A stretch of 64,000 bases of DNA from the NCBI RefSeq assembly GCF_006345805.1, contig NC_043016.1, forward strand, positions 6,138,001-6,202,000, given 5' to 3'. Origin of the DNA: Octopus sinensis (Eukaryota). A program made the translations under genes and the position numbers. The notes beneath the pieces are model-generated. The model saw only the letters and a list, made by a program, of their open reading frames with translations, made no database searches and was not told the DNA's origin. Positions 1-64,000 of the stretch are shown here, piece by piece (the first letter of the stretch is position 1; every line of letters begins with the position of its first letter).

Positions 1-300
1 CACACACACATATATATATATATATATACATATATACACACACATGTATACATATACATAAATATATACATACATATATATATACATATACATAAATATA
101 TACATACATATATATATACATATACATAAATATATACATACATATATACATATATACACATAGATATATATATATACACACATATATACAAATCTATACA
201 TACATATATATATACACACACACACACATACATACATATAATATATACTTCCAGATATGCATACATATAAACATACTTACATACATACATATATACTTCC
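1..300. repeat. compound (CA/TA) microsatellite
   Basis: degenerate CA/TA dinucleotide runs. Confidence 0.95.
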
Positions 301-310
301 AGACATACAT

Positions 311-599
311 ATTCATATAAATACAGTGTACATTTAAACATATAAGAGGCATCCATCATAGGATTCCTTGCATGCTAGAAAGGATAGTTAAATTCCAAAC
401 CACTAATTAGGGATAAAATTTCGAAGGCAATAAAAAATAAAAACATTTACCATCTAGATGGTAAATATTTTTGTTTTTCATTCCCTTCGAAATTTCATCT
501 CTAATAGTGGTTTGGAATTGAACTGTTCTCTTTAGCACGCAAAGAGTCCTATGATGGATGCCTCTTATAGGTTTAAATGTACACTGTATTTATGTGAAT
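311..599. mobile_element. ~290-bp palindromic (foldback/MITE-like) element
   Basis: arms are reverse complements about the centre CATCT|AGATG at 455/456. Confidence 0.85.
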
Positions 600-849
600 A
601 ATATATAGCCTACTGACTAAATCTTTTACACGCTAAGCCACTGGTAATTGAAATTTCTAATATTTCTGATTACCCTTTGATATTATTAATTATACACATA
701 CACACACACACACACACACATATATATTTATACATGTATATTTTTATATGTATTTGTTTATAAATATATCAAAACGATGTGCACAGTCACACCAACAATC
801 CAACATACCTCCTCCATCAGTTGCCCCATGGATATCATTATCGTTTCAA

Positions 850-1142
850 CAACCGATACATACATACATATATAAATACACACACACATATATATATACA
901 CACACACACATTTATATATATATACATACACACATATATACACACACGTATATACATACATATACACACACACATATATATACACACATATATACATACA
1001 TATACACACATATATAGATATATGTATATACACACATATACACATACATATATACACACACATATATACGTCCATATATATATACTTAGATATATACAAA
1101 TACATATACATACATACGTATGCACACACACACACACACATA
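850..1142. repeat. compound (CA/TA) microsatellite
   Basis: produces the spurious H/T/Y/I and C/V/Y/M ORFs. Confidence 0.95.
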
Positions 1143-1366
1143 TATAAGGTTGGTAAAAATTTACCTGACAGTAAATGAAAGCCAAGATTTCTTTATGTTT
1201 AAAAACTCAATGAATTTAATAAAAGCCTCTATATATGAAACATTATGAAAATTGTTCAGACTGAAGTCCTCAAACGACATATTTTTCTATTCAAGTAAAT
1301 ACAGAATTACAGATAGTATTTATGGAATTTTGATTTACTGTCGGGTGACCTTTGACCAACCCTGTA
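1143..1366. mobile_element. Tc1/mariner-type MITE
   Basis: TA-flanked TIRs: tataaggttggt..cctgacagtaaat and atttactgtcggg..accaaccctgta. Confidence 0.75.
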
Positions 1367-1407
1367 TATAAATACATATATACATAACAAAAAAGTTAAC
1401 GGAAGCC

Positions 1408-2210
1408 TTGATCAGTAAGTATCTTGGCTGGTGCCACAGTAACAAAGCGAAAAGCACGCAGAGTGAAGCTGCTTAGCAAAGATTGACCATGAACTCTACT
1501 GTGCATGCACACTAAGTTTTGATATTCCAGCTAACTTCCGCTGCTTACAGCAGTGCTTGGAAGGAAGGTGTGATCATCATACTGACCATGACAGAGAATG
1601 TTGTCATGGCGATACCTGCCGAGAGGCCTACGCAAAGTTGCAGAAAGCGTATGGAGAGGAGTGTTTGGGTGGTTCAAAAGTTTCTAAGATGGACGTAAAA
1701 GGACGAATGTTCTGAAACAGCTGCAATCAGCAGAACTGAGTAAAATATCGCAATTGTTGAATTGCCATCTGTGAGTTTAGTTACAGTTCAGTTCAGTCCA
1801 TTATCACTGGGGATTTGGATTTGAGACATTGTCCACTAGGTTTGTGCCATAACTGCTTTCAGCTGAACAAAAAAAGCCCTCAGGTTTCAGTTGCACAAGA
1901 TTTCTTTGATTGTGTTGAGAACAATGAAAACTTTTTGAAAATTTTCCGTTAGGCCTCTCAGCAAATATTGCCAATCTTTGGCAAAATTTGGTGCAGATTC
2001 TCTGCTGAACTTTCTCTGTTATGGGCAATGCAATGATCACACACTACACACCTTCCTTCCAAGCACTGCTGTAAGCAGCAAAAGTGAGCTAGAATATTAA
2101 AACTTAGTGCACATGCGCAGAAGAGTTCAAGGTCATTTTGTTCCAAACGGCTTCACTCTGCATGATTTAGCTTCATTACTATGGCAACAGTCCAGATACT
2201 TATTGATCAG
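1408..2210. mobile_element. two decayed mariner 5' ends joined in inverted orientation
   Basis: Left copy: EAYAKLQKAYGEECL..WFK and VQSIITGDL..RFVP..FFDCVENNENFLKI. Right copy (minus): TEKVQQRICTKFCQ. About 200-bp inverted termini. Confidence 0.82.
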
Positions 2211-2211
2211 A

Positions 2212-2249
<38 letters not shown>

Positions 2250-2887
2250 GTATAATTTCCAAAATTTAAAGAATAAAAATGGAGGTAATAATCTAAAATC
2301 ATAAGTAATAAACCTTTATCTAAAAATTTAGTAATTATTTGAAAATAAGTTTATCGAATAAAAAATTTGTTACTGTTAAAATCATGTTTAAGATTCTAGT
2401 TTGGTGTGTAGTTATATTCAACTTTAAATATATCACGATAGAAATAAAACATCTTTTAAAACTAAAAGAAAAAGTTTAGAGAGAAACTGAATTAAAGGGT
2501 TTTAAGTAAGGTTAAGACTTCTCAAGCAGTAAGCGTAAGAAGTATGAATATTAGAGAGAGAAAGAGAGGCTCCAAATGGAGGGATAGAAGAGTTTTGGCA
2601 AATAAAAATAGAGTAGTAGTAGTAGTAGTGATAATAATAAATATGATTTCTTTAATAGTAATGGTAAATGACAATTTCACAAGTAAAGAAAAAAATACTC
2701 AAAAAGAAAAAACATACAAGTAAATGCCCCATGGCCAACAACAAGGCAAAAATATGTTGATTCCAAGGAAATGAAAAATAATATCAACAAATTCATGCAT
2801 GGTACTTACTACACAAGTACAAGACATGGAAATTCATGGAAAACTTAGTGTTTCTATTTCTAAAGGACACAGATTGTGTGTGTATAT

Positions 2888-2934
<47 letters not shown>

Positions 2935-4682
2935 TGTGTGTATACATACATACACACACACACAGTCACTCACTCTTTTTGTGTGATTCCAAACTTATTA
3001 TCCACAAGAAGCAGGAAAATTTTAGCAAGCAAATTGCAAGCTAGCTCTTAAATCATAATTGATTGTATTTGATCCAGTGAACGAATAAAACCTGTACAGA
3101 GGCATAACAAGACTGGTTACTCTTAACTCCAATCCTATAACTTTCTACCATTACTTATTGAATTTTGCTTGAAATTTTGTAGCATACTTCTCATGAAAAC
3201 TGAACTCTTTGTAACATGTCTGTCTAAGAAATAAGCTAACAATTGCATGTGTTATTTCTTTTTGGTGAGGACTAAACTAAAGTTTGTATGATTATGGGTA
3301 TGTTTACTTCATTTTTTTTTTTTAAACAATGTTTAAAAATAATGTGAGTTTATTTCCTGTTTACTATGTCTAAAATCCTAATTCAGTTTCTTATAAAGTT
3401 AAAAAATAAAGGTGTCTTGGGATGACCCTAGTTGACTGAATTGAGACCGCAAAATATTGCAGCCACTATTTTATAGGTTTTCATGAACGAAAAGCAAGAA
3501 CAATGCCAATGGGGTTTTCAACTCGGATAAAACCAAATACATGAAACAATAAAACTCTTTACTCAAGTTTTATGATTCCTAACAAAACTTCTTCAATTTA
3601 GTTTTTGTTTATCAATACTAATTCTATTCAACTTTAAATCAAATACAGACTAAATAAAATTCTGCATTCTTTGGACTAATACACAAATCTAAAAATAAAC
3701 ATTATTTTACTTTTATTCATCTCTCAATATTCTGAACTCAATTTTGTGGTATATATATAATAATTACAAGTACTAATAATTACAATTCTTAAAATATTGC
3801 ACAAAGCATCGAAATTAAAGCACCAAGCAATTGTGTTGTCATTATTATTATTATCATCATTATTATTACTATTATTAGTAGTAGCAGCAGCAGCAGCAGC
3901 AGCAGTGCTGTGTGAAAAAAGATCTTTAGATTCATTATAGCCACATTCCAAGTATCAGTTTCTTCTTGGCATTACAGAAAAAAGAATCAGTGTTCCCTTG
4001 TTTTCCCAAAATGAGAACATTGTCTGTGAAAGATTCAAATCATTTCAACAAGACACTAATTTTCTAAATTAGTTGATTAAAATATAATAATAATTTCTAA
4101 TAAAGTATAACCAATTCACACATTGTAGGAAAGAGGCAGGACAATAACTGACTGAATCAAACGTAGTGTATGACTGGTACAGTTTTATCAACCTTGGAGG
4201 GATGAAAGACAAAAGTTGGCCTTTGGTGGAATTTGAATTCAAAATGCAGAATGGAATGAAACTAAACACCATAAAAGGCATTTTAGGAAAGTTACTACTG
4301 TTTCTTCTAATTTCATTTCTACCAAACAACTGTTTTGAAAATCATCATTATAGTAATATGTTCAAACATGCATATATATAGCAACCTCTGTACCATATAA
4401 AAACATTATAGGAAGTCAAATTTACTGGGGTATTTCAACTGGAGATAATTTGTTGGAAAATACAAAACATCAGTACCAGACAAAAGTCTTCCTGCTGCTG
4501 GACAACTCTTGTCTACCAATATGTACACAAGAAATATCTCTGAATGAAAATCACAATTAATTTGGCTTTCAATGGCACATTTACGTCTGTCAGATGTAAT
4601 AGACTGATTGTAATTTTAATCTAATACTCATTTTGTTGCAGACAACAAAGTAATCGTATATATATATATTTACATCTAGAAC

Positions 4683-4905
4683 TTAACCCTTTAATATTTA
4701 AACCATCCATATCAAGCCTAAATAGTCCACCTGTTTTATGTTCAAACTGGCCAGATCCAGCCTCTCACACCTACCCTACAATGTCATTATAAAAATAAAC
4801 TATCACATCTTTGAACTCTCAAAGCTATGAAATAATACATGATTAACTTAATGTGAATATATAAGCATTACTTTTGACAGAGTAATCTGAATGCTAAAGG
4901 GTAAA
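4683..4905 (+). mobile_element. TTAA-bounded piggyBac-like MITE
   Basis: TTAACCCTTT...GCTAAAGGGT(A/T)AA; related copies near 26883-27084, 35718-35884, 41368-41591, 49519-49737 and 57632-57829. Confidence 0.7.
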
Positions 4906-5224
4906 CCTTACAGTAATTCATATTACCACCATCATCATCAATTTGAAAGTAATCTAAGAATTTAATATAATTCTTTTTTTAAGAGATCTCACATTCTATA
5001 TCTTAAGTAGACCTGTCTAGACACTATTTAATTTACTTTCCTGATTTTATTTATCATTTTTCTTTTTGTTTTTTTTTTTGTAAACTTAACTTTCTTCTTC
5101 TGTTATACTAAAGATTAAACCAATAAAAAGATTGTTGCTTGTTGTTTTTAACCGACAAATGTTGATGATGTCAAAAACATCGTAAAGGTATACCAGCTGA
5201 TGGTGTCAAAAGTAAGAAACTCAC

Positions 5225-62621
<57,397 letters not shown>

Positions 62622-64000
62622 CTGAAATGAAAAACAACCATATAAACATTTAAATTTCTTAATCTTTTCACAAAAATAAATTTCTCAATTCTTTCAAAGC
62701 TTTGAAAGTATCCACAAAATTTCAACAATTGGCATTGTGAAAGGTAATTTTAAGCTAAGTAGTTCCAAACGTCTGATTCTATTCATAATACATCTATTTT
62801 TTGATTATTATCAAAAGTCTAAAACAATTGCAGAGAAATGCAAGCTCTGCATGGATAGTAGTATCAACTACATAAATTTTGGCAAGCCAGTGTGTATCAG
62901 TATATGGATTTGTGGAGAAAGTATAAGGTGATACTGGGGAAAAATATGAATAAGAGAGATGGTTAATTACAGTACATTGGAAGAATATCGGTAATTTTTC
63001 AAGAAAGAATACAGTAAGGAAAAGAAACATATTTGGCTGAGTAATCATGTGCTTAGTAATAGAATATAAACATTGTAGAAAGACTTCAGGAAATTTCAGG
63101 ACAATTCAACCTGTCGTAAAGTTCCTTCATACCAAGACATTTCTTATGCTTTATCTCGTTAAGGTACCTGGTTACCTTCTTTACATGTGCTAGCATCACA
63201 AAGACAGCACCATTACATTTTGTAAAACAGGTGGCATCAAGCAGAGTGTTCAGTCAGAAACCATGCCAAAGCAGACAATGGAATGCCACACAGCCCTCTA
63301 GATCCTGTCAAACCATCCAACTCATGACATCACGGGAGGATGTTAAATGATGACAATGATTATTAAAAGGAACATTCTCATTTAACTATGTCTGAGTATA
63401 AATTTTCCGTCAATTTGATTTATTGTCAAAAGAAATACTTGATCAGTGATGCATTTACATAAAATTACATTGATATTTTACTTGAACACAAAATACAAGG
63501 AACTATGAATGTAAAGTAATCAGAAGTCAGTGTCAATATTCTATATCGATCACTACTGGGATGTGATGGATAGATTGTTACAACCAAGTTAGTGCATATT
63601 AAGATCTGCTGGTCAAAGGGGCTGCTTCACTATCACTTTACAGTTTTTGACATGGTTTCAACAGATGAATTAGTGGGAGAGCTTGTCATATTCTCTGCTT
63701 GTTTGTCAGTAACTTTACTGAGAACTAGTTACATTCTTTCCTGTCTCTCCAATTCCCCTTTCTAGTTACCTGCACAAATGTACTTGCCTAAATTATTGAA
63801 TATTCTCTATGCTTATATTTACTCCCCTACCCCTGATCAATATCTCTCTAATAACCATTTCTGGCCTTTCTGTTGGCACACTTTACAAGTGTGGTATGTG
63901 GTTGAGAACTTTGCTTTCCAACCCTGTAATTCAGTTCCACTTCATAACACCTTGAGAAAGTGTCTTCTGTTAAAGCTCCAGTAGACTAAATAGTCATAAA

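Noticed and set aside
748-1185. Overlapping 89-127 aa ORFs on both strands
   Set aside because: They are translations of CA/TA microsatellite with no coding signal; the same applies to similar ORFs at 2799, 12166, 13078, 31256 and 51418.
3836-3905. Ala/Asn/Asp runs in ORF 3724..3951
   Set aside because: It is a compound trinucleotide microsatellite without exon context.
4460-4545. Possible further domino exon with AG/GT boundaries
   Set aside because: There is a stop in the phase-0 frame expected after the 5225 donor, and no recognisable similarity.

Overview
Eukaryotic, AT-rich, microsatellite- and SINE-dense DNA. The repeat families look cephalopod (Octopus-like); this is inferred from repeat recognition. 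The window lies within one minus-strand gene, helicase domino (SWR1 family; the SRCAP/EP400 homologue). I reconstructed 34 coding exons by hand from 62621 down to 5225, all with GT-AG boundaries and consistent phases except one. The HSA-containing N-terminus and the extreme C-terminus lie outside the window. Main observations: (1) a weak internal 5' splice site after ...DDAYNQ (34519) gives two mutually exclusive C-termini. One is a spliced DOM-A/EP400-like form (36-nt micro-exon, SANT domain, polyQ). The other is a read-through DOM-B/SRCAP-like form with an 835-aa basic, repeat-built tail. (2) There is a 1-nt frameshift with an in-frame stop just upstream of the ATPase domain, most likely an assembly error. 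(3) The introns hold many inverted-repeat structures (MITEs, a fused pair of mariner 5' ends, a 1.7-kb foldback, inverted SINE pairs), SINEs and LINE relics. All coordinates were counted manually and may be off by a few bases for repeats.
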